From Picochlorum sp. SENEW3 (taxonomy: Eukaryota), in NCBI GenBank assembly GCA_034226945.1, contig CP120454.1, positions 496,001 through 560,000 on the forward strand: a DNA stretch of 64,000 nucleotides, read 5' to 3'. The position numbers were made by a program, and so were the translations under genes. The notes beneath the pieces are model-generated. The model was not told where the DNA came from, did not search any database, and was given only the letters and a program-made list of their open reading frames with translations. Of this stretch, positions 22,164 to 34,070 are shown in pieces (positions within the stretch are counted from its first letter, which is position 1; each line of letters begins with the position of its first letter).

Positions 22164-24065
22164 ATGTCCACTGTTATTTTGTTGTTGATAGTCGCATTGT
22201 CAGCTGTGAGGGGCGATGTGACGGAATCAACTGACAACAGAAAATTGCATTCTTGCCGAGAAAAGCTCCTAGAGTTGGAAGATGAGCATGAGGATCTTCT
22301 GAAGCGATTTAATGTTTTGTCAGAAGAGTATAAAGATGTAAAGAAGGAGCTTCGGGCTACTATCGCGTGTGAGACGACGTTGGATGAGACGACTCGACTG
22401 TTGGATGAGGTGAGGGAGGATGTGGAGCAGAGGAAGGAGCAATTGAAGAATATGGATGTTTTATTGGTTCAGTGTGAGAGGAAGAGGGATAATTGTCTGG
22501 TGGATCTGCATGTGAGTGAGACGAGTTTGGAGGAGTCGTTGGCCAGGGAGCGGCAGTTGGAGAGGCAGTTGAACAAGGAGGATTGTGTGGCGGTGAAGCG
22601 GGATGCTGTGTCGTATCGAGACCAGGCGGAGCAGTGTCTGATTGATTTGGATGCATTGAAAAAGAGGGAGGAGGAGTTGGTGAAGAGAGCTGGAGATCTG
22701 GAAGAGGTGGAGAAGGAATTGGAGACGACCAAGGGGTTGTTGGAGGCAGCATCGAGCGATCGGGAGTCGTTGAATGGGCGAATGGATGCGCTTGAAAAGA
22801 AGACTGTTGTGTTGGAAGAGGTTGAGAGGGAATTGGAGACAACCAAGGTGTCTTTGCAGCGTGCAGAGTCTTCATTGGAGTCTAGAAGCAATGAATTGAA
22901 TGCAACAAAGACTGCATTGAACTCGTTGCTTGAATCCCTTGATTCACATTTACAATATGAGGCGCTGAAAGACGCCCATGAGAAGGAGATTTTGCCATAC
23001 TGGTTGGAACGTCTCGTGAAGAAGGGTGTGCATGTCTGTGATGAGGCATACCACAAGTATGTGCAGCCATTGCATGAATCGTTCGGGGAGGCTGTTCGAA
23101 TGAGAAAAAAGCATGTTGCTGGGAGGGTAAAGAGTATTCATGGGACTGTCAAGTATCACGCATCTCGAGTGGTGAGTGTGTATGTGGTGCCAATGATGTC
23201 AAAAACAAACTTTATGCTGCGTGCACAATTCCCAGGTGGATGGAGGGCCTGTGTGGATACCACAAGATCTGTGGCGGAACTGAGTAGAAATGTGGTAAAT
23301 ACATATTTGAATACATGCCGAGAGTTTGGAATGCATATCAAGCATCGTGGTATGGAGGCGATTGAACATCAGATTGTCAAGGTGTCATTCCTGCAGCAAC
23401 TTGATTCACGCATTGTTGCCTCATCAGCATTTTGGACACTAGTGGGGCTCATCACTCTTCCGCTTGGCATATTTATTTTCATCATGGTGTCCAAAGTCGT
23501 GGTGTATTATTGTAGGAGTGGTACCGCGAGCGTTTCTATTGTGAATATATCAGATGCTATTGGGCTGATTGAGGAGGATATTGGTTATACATTTTCACTC
23601 AAAGACAATCTCATTCAGGCATTAGAAGGCTCGCCTCATCTCTATCAGGTTGGAATGGCAGTGGTGAATCTGTTGCTCGCGAAGCAGCAGAACAATGCCA
23701 GAGCTACGTTGGCAGAGGTGGAAGCAAGAAGCCTTTGTAGTGCGTCTCTTGGCCGAATCGTGCAACGCGGGCCTGGCAGGAAGAGTTTACAGGCAGCACG
23801 ACAGCAGAAGAATGTTCTCTATATTGCCATATTAGCTGCCGTGTTTCGGGATTCACGGGAATCAGTTCAAACTGTGTTGAATGTTTGGAATGGCAGGGGT
23901 TCCCCAGCAGCAGTGCCTCCTGTGAGAGAGGAAGAAATAGAAGAGGAAATAAAAAAGGAAGAAGATGAGGAAATAGAAGAGGAAATGAGCGAGAAGGATG
24001 AATCGGAGGATGTTGAGTTGGAAGATGATGCATCTGAAGATGATGAAAGTGACACATCATCATGA
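22164..24065 (+). CDS. Signal peptide, coiled-coil and TM protein with a degenerate RNase III-like domain and acidic tail
   Basis: MSTVILLLIVALSAVRG; long heptad region; TM AFWTLVGLITLPLGIFIFIMV; IEEDIGYTFSLKDNLIQAL...AILAAVFRDS. Confidence 0.7.
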   Translation: MSTVILLLIVALSAVRGDVTESTDNRKLHSCREKLLELEDEHEDLLKRFNVLSEEYKDVKKELRATIACETTLDETTRLLDEVREDVEQRKEQLKNMDVLLVQCERKRDNCLVDLHVSETSLEESLARERQLERQLNKEDCVAVKRDAVSYRDQAEQCLIDLDALKKREEELVKRAGDLEEVEKELETTKGLLEAASSDRESLNGRMDALEKKTVVLEEVERELETTKVSLQRAESSLESRSNELNATKTALNSLLESLDSHLQYEALKDAHEKEILPYWLERLVKKGVHVCDEAYHKYVQPLHESFGEAVRMRKKHVAGRVKSIHGTVKYHASRVVSVYVVPMMSKTNFMLRAQFPGGWRACVDTTRSVAELSRNVVNTYLNTCREFGMHIKHRGMEAIEHQIVKVSFLQQLDSRIVASSAFWTLVGLITLPLGIFIFIMVSKVVVYYCRSGTASVSIVNISDAIGLIEEDIGYTFSLKDNLIQALEGSPHLYQVGMAVVNLLLAKQQNNARATLAEVEARSLCSASLGRIVQRGPGRKSLQAARQQKNVLYIAILAAVFRDSRESVQTVLNVWNGRGSPAAVPPVREEEIEEEIKKEEDEEIEEEMSEKDESEDVELEDDASEDDESDTSS

Positions 24066-24111
24066 TCTGTACACTTTCAGAATATCCATTACCTATATAT
24101 ACACATAACAT

Positions 24112-25134
24112 TTATTTGTGTCGTCGTTGCGCCACGCGACCCACTGATTGAACAATCCATGCCATCACCAGGGGCACACCGACCCGTTGGACCACCATAC
24201 CAAGAAATTTCCTGATCCCATCTCCATGTGCTTGTGGCAATAACCTTGACACCTCTCGCTCTCGATCATCTATAGAGCGAATACTATACACATTTGTTTC
24301 CGGAGTTATCTCCTCTGACCCGAACATGGAACCTTCCAGGCTGCATACACGATCAAGAAGGCTATTCATCTGCTCCTGCATGGAAGAATACATCCTCCAC
24401 ACCGCCTTGGAATCCTCCTCCATCCTCCCAAGCATCCTTCTCATCTCTTGAATCTGCCTCATATCATCCGTCTTTGACACAGTCTGCTCCTGCATCAATC
24501 GACGAATCACGCCATCGAGAAACAACACGTGCTTTCTCAGCTCGCTACTTTCCCCACTCCCAGATTCATCCATCCGAACCATCAGTGTTTGAATCGCATC
24601 ATGCATCTGCTCCATTTTCCTATCCCTCTCTCCAGCCGCTGCCCTCACCAAACCGCTGATATCAGCATTATCCTTCTCATACGCATCTATATACTCGTTC
24701 ATCGAATCCACATCCAGCTCCACATCCTCTTCAATTGTCCTCACAAGCTCCATCACAGACTCTGTCCCCATGGTTCCATCAGTCACCCTCTCCATGTGAA
24801 ACGAGGGCAACTCGTCCAACGACAATCTATTCGGACTCGCATGCATCGCTTTAATTTTCATGTCCTCGGACGTGTCGTAGACCGCATCACTGCTGCGCTG
24901 CCCTGCTGCCTTGACAGCAGATTCTTTCGTACATGCCTCATATGTCTTGAACAAGAGAGGAGACAACGGTGTATCACCTAATTCCCCCACAGAATCTGAA
25001 CTAGAATGCGTAGACATACCCTGCTGTGCAGATTCATACTCGCTTTCATCGCTTTGCTTCTGTTTCTGTCGTCCAACTTGCAACCGAAACACTTTCTTCC
25101 TTGTCTCGTCTCTCATCATCCTGAAGGATTTCAT
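24112..25134 (-). CDS. Hypothetical coiled-coil protein with hydrophobic C-terminus
   Basis: 340-aa intronless ORF. Confidence 0.65.
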   Translation of the reverse strand: MKSFRMMRDETRKKVFRLQVGRQKQKQSDESEYESAQQGMSTHSSSDSVGELGDTPLSPLLFKTYEACTKESAVKAAGQRSSDAVYDTSEDMKIKAMHASPNRLSLDELPSFHMERVTDGTMGTESVMELVRTIEEDVELDVDSMNEYIDAYEKDNADISGLVRAAAGERDRKMEQMHDAIQTLMVRMDESGSGESSELRKHVLFLDGVIRRLMQEQTVSKTDDMRQIQEMRRMLGRMEEDSKAVWRMYSSMQEQMNSLLDRVCSLEGSMFGSEEITPETNVYSIRSIDDREREVSRLLPQAHGDGIRKFLGMVVQRVGVPLVMAWIVQSVGRVAQRRHK

Positions 25135-25410
25135 TCGAGTCTAAATTTTGTATCGGACCATCATCTGCTGACGAGGTATTCATCGGATGACCAGGATTTG
25201 ACAGCGAGTGTTGTTAGCGCTCTCGCGTGCCTCGAGACAATCTATCCGGTCAATGGTACCGTTGACTAGATGGAAGCTATGCATCATCACTTTTAGAGGC
25301 CAAATTCATGCAGTCCTGATCGAGATTGCATGGGGAGGATATACGCGCACTGCATCAGCTGCACATGTACTCATATTTTATATTCATTTTTATCCGATAT
25401 TGTTCAGGGA

Positions 25411-26337
25411 ATGCGAGCGTACAGACCCATTGAGCAATCACAGGGCGCCGTGGACGCGTTTGAACTCGTCAGCGATGCTGAAGAGATTTTTAGGCTACCA
25501 GAGGACATGGAATCTTCACCAATAGTTATTATTCCATCTGTATCTGTGGGTAATGTGGGTCAATTGGCGATTGATCTGTTGGTAGAGTCGTCCTCAGGTG
25601 GTGGAGAAGAGGATCACGCTCGTCTCTGCGGTGTTGTTCATCATCCTCTTGTGCTGCCTTGTTACGGAGGATATCCATATAGTTTGGATACAAGGGGCGG
25701 CGATGGCAATAAAAAGCCCATGGCGCATCCTATTGATATCTACCATGTGCCACAGACCCCAGTGTTTGTACTCCAGCAGAGAGCGCCTGCTGCGGCGGGA
25801 TGCCAGATGGATTTCGCAATGGATTTGATGGGATGGTTGGCTGCAGGTGGGGTGACGAATGTGTGGATTGTGGGTGGGTTGGATGCCACGTTGCGTCGTG
25901 ATGAAGATATTGGCAGTGGTGATGATGCTCATCTTCGCTATGTGATGGCGAGTCACCGAGCAGAGTCAAAGGATGTTACAGAATCATGCCTACTCAAGCG
26001 TGGGATTCAGGCATTGTGTGGAACAGAGCAGAATGAGAATAGCAGGCACTGGAAGGGTATTTGGGACAAGGAGCGGGTGCACATGCCTTGGGCACTGTTG
26101 GATGCAGCAAAGGATGCAGGGTTGGATGCTGTAGGGGTATTCAAGTTTGTGTTGGAAGGTGATAATACTGCTGATGCACAGATTGTGGCTAGGGCTGTGA
26201 TTGACGTGGTATTTTCATCGTGGGAGAGTCGCCTTCCTGATGGATGGAGGGACGGATCTTCTTGTTTCCTGAAGGAACCTCCATCTTGGCATTGGATTAG
26301 ACAATCTCGACCAACGCCGCCAGGATATGTATTTTAA
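25411..26337 (+). CDS. PSMG2: Proteasome assembly chaperone 2 (PAC2)-like
   Basis: IIPSVSVGNVGQLAIDLL, FVLEGDNTADA, PPSW. Confidence 0.8.
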   Translation: MRAYRPIEQSQGAVDAFELVSDAEEIFRLPEDMESSPIVIIPSVSVGNVGQLAIDLLVESSSGGGEEDHARLCGVVHHPLVLPCYGGYPYSLDTRGGDGNKKPMAHPIDIYHVPQTPVFVLQQRAPAAAGCQMDFAMDLMGWLAAGGVTNVWIVGGLDATLRRDEDIGSGDDAHLRYVMASHRAESKDVTESCLLKRGIQALCGTEQNENSRHWKGIWDKERVHMPWALLDAAKDAGLDAVGVFKFVLEGDNTADAQIVARAVIDVVFSSWESRLPDGWRDGSSCFLKEPPSWHWIRQSRPTPPGYVF

Positions 26338-26366
26338 ATTATTATAATCATGTTGAATTTGTTATA

Positions 26367-27341
26367 ATGAGAGTGTGTCGTGTTCAGCCTGGTTTTTCTG
26401 TGACCACGACGCGAGTGTCGAAAAGGCAGGTCACGTCGTCTGTACGGACGCCGGCATGGCCATACACAAGTACTTGGCATCATCACGATAGTTCTCTTCA
26501 CCGTTATAGTGGAGCAGGGTCATGGGTGACGAGGTCTGTCGGGTTTGATGTGGTTCAGAATGTGGACCAACTGGTTGCGACAGAGTTGGGTGGGCTGTTG
26601 GGTCCATCAACGTTTCTTCTCGTCTTGGGTGCTGGTTTGTTGACGAGTTTTTCTCCCTGTACGCTAAGTGTTCTTCCTTTGACCATCGGATATATCGGAG
26701 GGTACGATGACGGTGGTTCCGAGGGGTCTTCGTTGGTGGTGAGGTCTGCAGCCTTTGCAGCTGGTTTGGCCACCACGCTGTCTGCCTTGGGGCTCTTGTC
26801 TGTGTCCTTGGGCAAGGCCTATGGTCAGGTATGTGTGTATTTGATACTATATGGACAGGTTGAAGCAGATAATGAAAAATAATATTGTCACCCTGTTCAT
26901 CACATCATGTAGGTTGGAGGTCCATGGTTGGCTCTGACAGTGAGTGGCGTTGCCATTGCCATGGGGCTGTCGTTGCTCGAAGTGATCACCATTCCTCTTC
27001 CTTCAATTAATATTGAAATAGGATCGGAGTGGGATGTGTCGAAGGAAGTGAAAGCATACCTGGCTGGAATGACGTTTGCGTTGGTGGCATCGCCATGTAG
27101 TACACCCGTGTTGGCAACACTCCTGGCGTATGTGAGCACAACGGATGACTATAGTCGCGGTGCATTGCTCCTGTTCACATATGCCTTGGGTTATGTGGCT
27201 CCATTAATGGGAGCAGCTATTTTTACGGATTCGTTGAAGAAAATAATCTCTGTTCGACAGTTTACTGGGTGGGTGACAGCAGCCAGTGGTGTTTTGCTGA
27301 TTTCAGGAGGTACATATGGCATGTTGTCCCGGTTACTGTGA
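26367..27341 (+). CDS. ccdA: Cytochrome c biogenesis protein CcdA, plastid; two exons
   Basis: AGLLTSFSPCTLSVLPLTIGYIGG; ALVASPCSTPVLATLLAYV. Confidence 0.92.
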
Positions 27342-27366
27342 CGTATTTTTCTTACGTATATATATG

Positions 27367-30204
27367 TTATGATTTAATTTTCGATGCTCTAACTTGAAGC
27401 AGCAGGGAATTGGCCATGACTGCCAAGGAACTGCACCCCATGAGGGCCCCTGATAATGCAGGGGTGAGTCCAAGGCCGTTGATGGGGAGCATGACGCCAG
27501 CTGCGAGGGGCAGGCAAATCATATTGTAGCCAAAGGCCCACGCCATATTCTGTCGAATTGTGTTCATAGTCATTTTACTGAGTCGGAAGGTGTCGATGAC
27601 CTGTGGCAGACGGTCACCAAGAAGCACGATATCTGCAACTTCGGATGCTACAGCCACACCACCACCCATGGCAATGCCTACATCAGCCTCTGCCAAGGCA
27701 GCAGCGTCGTTGACCCCGTCACCCACCATGGCTACAATGTGGCCCTTTGCTTTGAGATTATTTATTGCATCGACCTTTCCTATGGGCGTCACACCGGCGA
27801 TGACATTCTCTCTGTCGATTCCAAGTTGTGAGGCAACATGCTGTGATGTGGTCTGCTGATCCCCACTCAGCATCACAGGGGTGATGCCTGACTCTTTCAG
27901 TTTCTTTAGCACTTGTCGGGCATTATGTCTCACCTGATCCGCAATCTCAATTGATCCAACGATGTTGTTCTCCATACCGACGTATACAACGGTGTGTCCT
28001 GGATTGAGTTTTGCTGTGTGCAGGCCTTCTGCAGAGGATGAGGCCCCAGTCTTTTGCATGACCCAGTCCAAGTTGCCGACGTATATATTCTTGCCATCGA
28101 CAATACCCTCAGCCCCTTTACCGGGAACTTGATTGAAGGAGTCAGATGAGACTCTTCTCTGTGGTATCTGCGTATCAGCAAGTGCTTGCTGTACAATGGC
28201 ATGAGCAATTGGATGGGAACTATTTTCTTCAATAGCAGCAGCATAGGACAGACATTCTGTTTCACTGACATTGTCATCTGTACTGACACGAACAACAGTT
28301 GGTTTTCCCGTGGTGAGAGTTCCTGTTTTATCAAATACGATTGTATCAACGTTGGACGCTGCTTCAAGGACATCACCTCCCCGAACGAGGAGGCCCCGTC
28401 GAGCCCCAGCTCCAGTTCCAACCAAAACTGCCGTTGGTGCCGCGAGACCGAGGGCACATGGGCATGCTACAACTAGTACATTGCATGCTAGCTGTAAACT
28501 TAACGCGATAGTTGCCGCTGCTTTTGAAGCACCCCCGCTGAGGGAGGTTTCTAGTACTCTAGGGAACATCTTTGCACCAAACCCACTCCAAAAGAGAAAG
28601 GTCGCTGCTGCAACTCCCATGACGCCGTACGCAAACTTACCAGCGACGATGTCAGATAATCTTTGAATTGGTGCTGTTCGACCCTGCGCCGTTTCGACCA
28701 AATTGACAATGTTTGATACAGCAGCGTCTCCCCCAGAAGCAGTGCATCGGACAACCAGTGTACCATCAAAGTTTGTCGTACCAGCAGTCACTGTGTCTCC
28801 TACACCCATTGTATTTATCATCGTAACAAACTTTTCTCATATAATGCACAGTATATATAAAACCTTACCTTGGGATTTATTCACAGGAAGTGATTCACCT
28901 GTAATGCTTGACTCATCACATGTACTACGACCGCGTACAACCTCACCATCAACAGGAATCTGATCTCCTGGAAGAATGGTCACCAAGTCTCCCTGTGATA
29001 CATTTTCTGATGGTATTTCTCTCCATGAAGTCCCATCCGATAACACCACGCGCGCCATGGGCGGCAACAGACCCGACAGTGCAGCCATGTCAGAGGATGC
29101 TTGAATTTTTGCTCGCTCTTCAAGGGCCCTGCCAAGCAGTATGAATCCAAGAAGCATTGCTGGCTCCTCAAAGAATGTTCTCCAACCTAATTGTGGAAGC
29201 ATCACAGCCACAGAGCTTATTCCAAAGGCAGCAGTGACTCCTAAACCGACAAGACTATTCATATCAGGCGCTCCCTTGGCAAGGGATTTGAAGCCATCAA
29301 CGATAATACTTCTCCCCGGACCCAGAATAGCAACAGCAGAAAGAGCAGCTGTTCCCATGGTGCTTGAGAGCATTTTAAGAAATGGTGGAGCAGCATTGCC
29401 GAACCAGTGAACAATATGATGCAGCATACACGCAGATGCAAGACCCCAAGAAACCACCACTTGAAACGTTTTTTCTCTCAACCTTGCAATCCTCTCCTCC
29501 CTCTTTGCCTTGACTACTTTTGACGCTGCACTTGTTCCTGATCCTAAAGGTCTAAAAGTAGCTTTGTATCCCTTTTCTGTCAGTATTTGAGCCAATTGTT
29601 GGCCCAATTCTTCTAATCTGCCCTGCTCCCCAACTTCAATATCCACGTCTCCTGGCATGACAACACGTACCACTGCCGTCTCTGTCGCCAAATTCACAGA
29701 CGCGCCTAGAACATACTCTTCGTCCAATAAGATTTGCTTCACTCGAGACACACACCCGGCACAACGCATCCCAGTGACATCCAAAATGACGATATCCTCC
29801 ATCACAGACCCATGTGTCTTGAGCAATGCCGATCCCTCCTCCATTGGAAACCTTGCTCCCTCATCATGATCATCATCCCCGCCATCTCCTACCCCACCGT
29901 ACCCCGAGTTTCTTCCACCTCCACCCACATTATCAGGCAGCGCATAGACGATACCAGATCGCAGTCGGCAAGGACGCAACCGACAGGTTTCACAAAATAT
30001 CACACCTCTTGACTTCAATACCCTCGATTCCTTACAACTTGCGACCAAATCCACTCGTTGAATGCCGTGATAATGCAATGTACCACTCATATGCACTAAT
30101 GCATGCCTCCCAATCGCTTGTGCTCTACCTGCCTTGGGTCTCAGGCATGGCGACATGTCAAGCCTGGCAACACGACACCTCCATTGTATCGGAGAGTGCA
30201 GCAT
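27367..30204 (-). CDS. Plastid copper-transporting P1B ATPase (PAA1-like); intron at ~28801-28869
   Basis: GMRCAGC HMA motif, TGES, VVACPCALGLA, DKTGT, SHP, GDGVNDA. Confidence 0.93.
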
Positions 30205-30457
30205 TGTGCCTCAGTTGCGATTTATACTGTTACTATTGGAGCCATCGTGGTCAAAGATATTCGAGTATTGCAGAATCAGGGAGAGATGTGCTTTTTCTTT
30301 GTCCTATTTAAGAAACAACGATTTCAAAAAGAAAGTTTGGTAGTCCATGTAACATTCCATGCAAGCTTTTTTCTTGGTACAAAGCAATTATAATACTATT
30401 TAAAACCAAATAGAAGAGATTAGGGGCGATGACGTGAGATAGTAAGCCTGAAAACGC

Positions 30458-31411
30458 ATGGAACACCAGCCAGAAGGGTCTGTCGGTTTTAGCGACCTCA
30501 AAGTTGGGTATGCCACAGACGATCATCACGAGTCCCCTGGTGGTGACTGTACACCAAATGATGGACGGAGACAGAAGCGGAGAAGGGCTTTTCTAATTCA
30601 GCATCACCATGTGCAAGAGAGTGTTGGCCAAGAGGAAGAGGGTGTTGAGGATGCTGTGAGAAGAGCATGCCGCTTACCAGATTTTGGAGAGATGTCTCCG
30701 AATCATTCCATGTCGAGCGTTGAAGGTATACCTACTATGAATAGAATGGGGTCACCCAATGCGACTTCTTCTCCTGGACAACGAGGTGGGGTCCAAGAGG
30801 ATCAGGCATTGCTGGATGGAGAGAGGGTTGTGAGTGTCGGAGTTGGGGGGTATAGGGTGGATGTGGATACCGATATGATGAATATGGTACAGCAAAGTCA
30901 GCGTACGATGAAATCAACACCTCAGCAGCCTCGAAGAAGGCAACAACAGACGCCAAAATCACGACCAAGGAGAAGCAGACTGGGGCACATGCCAGCAGCA
31001 CGTGGTGGGCCTGAAACGCCCAGTGTTCAGAACTTGATATCCAATATTCCAGCGCCATCTCCATCAGATGCTGGTAGAAATAGAATGCGGACACCATCGA
31101 GTCTTGCGAAGCAAGCAGATGCGTTGGATGCAAGAGTGCAGTACCTTGCATCCTCTGGCGGAAGGCTCCTGTCCACCCTCAAACTCACAGTGCTCCGCAC
31201 AGTCATGGAACAAGGAAAGATGAAGTCTCTTTGCCACTGTGAAGATTCTCTCGGCGTCTTTCGTGGATCTCAGATTATAGTCATAAGCAGTTTCGTGCCT
31301 GATTTGGCACAGGACGAAGCAATTGTAGTGAACAAACCATGGTTGGTGCTTGATGATGATAATGTGCCAATTATGATCTGTCTTGGCCACGTCCAACCCA
31401 TTAAAAGATAA
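30458..31411 (+). CDS. Hypothetical protein, disordered N-terminus and small folded C-terminus
   Basis: 317-aa ORF with ATG start. Confidence 0.6.
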   Translation: MEHQPEGSVGFSDLKVGYATDDHHESPGGDCTPNDGRRQKRRRAFLIQHHHVQESVGQEEEGVEDAVRRACRLPDFGEMSPNHSMSSVEGIPTMNRMGSPNATSSPGQRGGVQEDQALLDGERVVSVGVGGYRVDVDTDMMNMVQQSQRTMKSTPQQPRRRQQQTPKSRPRRSRLGHMPAARGGPETPSVQNLISNIPAPSPSDAGRNRMRTPSSLAKQADALDARVQYLASSGGRLLSTLKLTVLRTVMEQGKMKSLCHCEDSLGVFRGSQIIVISSFVPDLAQDEAIVVNKPWLVLDDDNVPIMICLGHVQPIKR

Positions 31412-31603
31412 TTTTTTATCATTATGAACATGAATATAGCAATTTCTGGATCAACAGCGCATCGTCAGTGTGTCGTGACGTCTCGGACGTCAGTGGCACA
31501 TTCATGCCATGCTTCCCCCTCTTTCCGCAGAATGCGGGTATCTAAGGTATGATTTTACATTTCTAATGAAATATGAAATTATTTCAAACATGGATATGGG
31601 CCA

Positions 31604-33079
31604 ATGCAGGCTGTTTTCCTCCATGGGCAAAAGCCTCCAACGAGTCGTCAGAGCCTCCGTTGCAGAGGCCGATCTTTGACGATCATGAATGCTTCCGCAT
31701 CCAAAACACCGGAACTTGGAGTCAAAGAGGAAAAGGTATCTGAGGCGACGATAAAGTTGGAAGTGACGGTGCCTGCGCGAATGTGTCAGGCAGCCTACAG
31801 GTCTACCCTGAAGGAGTGGAATGACAAGATTGCGTGTACAGGATTTCGCAAGGGAAAGGCGCCTGAAAATGTCTTGATTGAGCAGCTTGGAGGAAAGAAG
31901 AGAGTGTATGCTACTGTGTTGGCTAATTTGATTGAGAATGTCATGGGACCAGCATTGGAAAAGGCACCAAGCTCAATGTCTGCTATTTCTGATAGTGAGA
32001 AGATTTTCGAGTCTGGAGAGGAATTGGAAGCGCGCTTCAACCCAACTGAAGATTTGACGTTTTCTGTGCTGTTTGATGTGATGCCTGAGTTGACGTGGAA
32101 GAAGCCATACAAGGATTTGTCAATCACTGTGACGGAGGTGACCAACGATGAGCGCAATACTGCCATTGTGGAGAAGAAGCTTCGCCAATTGTCCAAGGAA
32201 GGTGCTGATATGTCTGTTGTGTCAGGAAGGGGTGTGAAGACTGGAGATGTGGTCATCATTGATTTTGATGCATCAATCAATGGGGAGCCTATTCCTGGAG
32301 CTATGAGGCAGGGTATGCAGTTGGATACTGATACTGCTGATGAGGATTTCTTGCCAGGTGTTGCTGGAGCTGTGGAAGGTATGAAAGCTGGAGAAGAGAA
32401 GGAAACTCAAGTGACGTTCCCAACGTCCGAGGACTTTTCTCCAGCTGCCCTCCGTGGTGAGGTGGCAGATATCAAGGTCAAGCTGTCAGAGGTGTTTGAG
32501 TATGACCTTCCAGAGCTCACGGACGAATGGGCTGTGGCAAAGATGGGACCTGGGTCTACTTTGAAAGATGTGAAACAGAGGCTGTTGGAAAACACGATTG
32601 CAGAGGAAGAAGACCGTTTGGAGCAAATTATTGCTGATGCTTTTACTGATGCTGTGGCATCCAATTTGGATGTGAATGTTCCTAATTCATTGATTCAAGA
32701 AGCTGGTCAGAACGAGTATTCTCGCGAATTGAATTCTCTCATCACCAAGGGTACTATTTCGTATGAGCAGGCTCAACAGCTTGCATCACCACAGATGCTT
32801 GAGCAGTATATTAAGAACAAGCGGGATGATCTGGAACAACTCCAAAAGGCTGCACTCGGGTTTGCAGATATCCTGGAAAAAGAAAATCTGACACCCACCG
32901 AGGATCAGATCAATGAAGAATTCGAGAAGGCTATGGAAGCCATCAGACAAATGCAGAGGTCTGATGAGTTGAATGAGGAGGGAGTCAGAGATCAAGTAAC
33001 ACAGTCATTGGAAACTCAGCTTGTCATGAATTGGCTTTCAACCAACTGCGAGGTGAACAAACTCCCATTCGAAGGGTAA
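31604..33079 (+). CDS. tig: Plastid trigger factor
   Basis: GFRKGKAP signature; GDVVIIDF and FLPG FKBP-like region. Confidence 0.9.
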   Translation: MQAVFLHGQKPPTSRQSLRCRGRSLTIMNASASKTPELGVKEEKVSEATIKLEVTVPARMCQAAYRSTLKEWNDKIACTGFRKGKAPENVLIEQLGGKKRVYATVLANLIENVMGPALEKAPSSMSAISDSEKIFESGEELEARFNPTEDLTFSVLFDVMPELTWKKPYKDLSITVTEVTNDERNTAIVEKKLRQLSKEGADMSVVSGRGVKTGDVVIIDFDASINGEPIPGAMRQGMQLDTDTADEDFLPGVAGAVEGMKAGEEKETQVTFPTSEDFSPAALRGEVADIKVKLSEVFEYDLPELTDEWAVAKMGPGSTLKDVKQRLLENTIAEEEDRLEQIIADAFTDAVASNLDVNVPNSLIQEAGQNEYSRELNSLITKGTISYEQAQQLASPQMLEQYIKNKRDDLEQLQKAALGFADILEKENLTPTEDQINEEFEKAMEAIRQMQRSDELNEEGVRDQVTQSLETQLVMNWLSTNCEVNKLPFEG

Positions 33080-33116
33080 TGTATGATTCAATTATAACAT
33101 CATAAGTTATACATAT

Positions 33117-34000
33117 TCATTTTTCATCAATGCGTAGTCGAGCTGCAACCTTGTATTTTTGTTGAGATTTGCTAGAAAGTGACTGTTCAAAGACCCAATG
33201 ATCTACCACTTGAAATACATCCTCACCCCCTGCTACAATATCACCATTTTTATCATACGCTTTAAACGCCTGCGTGCTAGGTATTCTTACGGTGAGTTGG
33301 ACAAATGCTGTCTCATCATTCTTTTGATCAGCTGCAATGACCCTTGCCTGGACCAATTGTACATCATACAAATCGGGCTTTTCTACCATTCTCCATTCGA
33401 CTCTATGCCAATCTGCTTTTTCTCTATGCTTCAGTTGCTTCTTCATATCTGAATAGATGGCTGGTGTGGCCAGCTGCCGCAATTTTGACAAGTCTGCCTT
33501 TGCCAAGGCCTCACATGCACTCGTGTATGTTTCTAATGCATCCAGTTTGAAGTCTCGAAGGTTCCAATTTTTACTCTTCTTCAGTTTAGAGAGTGAATAC
33601 ATGGATTTCCATGAATCTTTCCACCTATTCCATCGAATGCCCCAGCCTGATGGAGTAAAATACGAGGACAATGGCAACTGCTTTTTGGGGCCCTTGTATG
33701 GTTCTGCCAAGACGTTACTAGACACCATGGAGGGCTTGATGTACTTTGCCCCCCAAATCTCTGCTTTTGAACCCACTGTGCTCTGCATACCTTTGGGCAT
33801 CTTGCTTGCAAATGTAGCAAGCTGAAGGGAACTGGTAGCAAGACACTTGAGAGTCAACAGCCCGTCCTCTCCACCCTGCACATCGCATAATGTGGTATGC
33901 CATTAATTCAATTCAAAATATCCAATTGTAAGATATCACCTACCAGATACTTTGAGATCTGTCCCATCCGGACCAGGCCACTGCTAAGAGATCTCTGCAT
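33117..34000 (-). CDS. Tim44-like domain protein (mL45-like), mitochondrial; two exons
   Basis: FVQLTVRI, AYDKNGDIVAG, VVDHWVFEQSL; presequence exon MQRSLSSGLVRMG. Confidence 0.75.
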
Positions 34001-34070
34001 TTCTATTGGTAAGGCGCCTCTCCTAAAACCAAAAGCAAACACCAATGTGAAAAAATAAAAAATTATGACA

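Noticed and set aside
28801..28870. Split of the copper ATPase into two ORFs
   Set aside because: Ordinary GTAAGG..TAG intron
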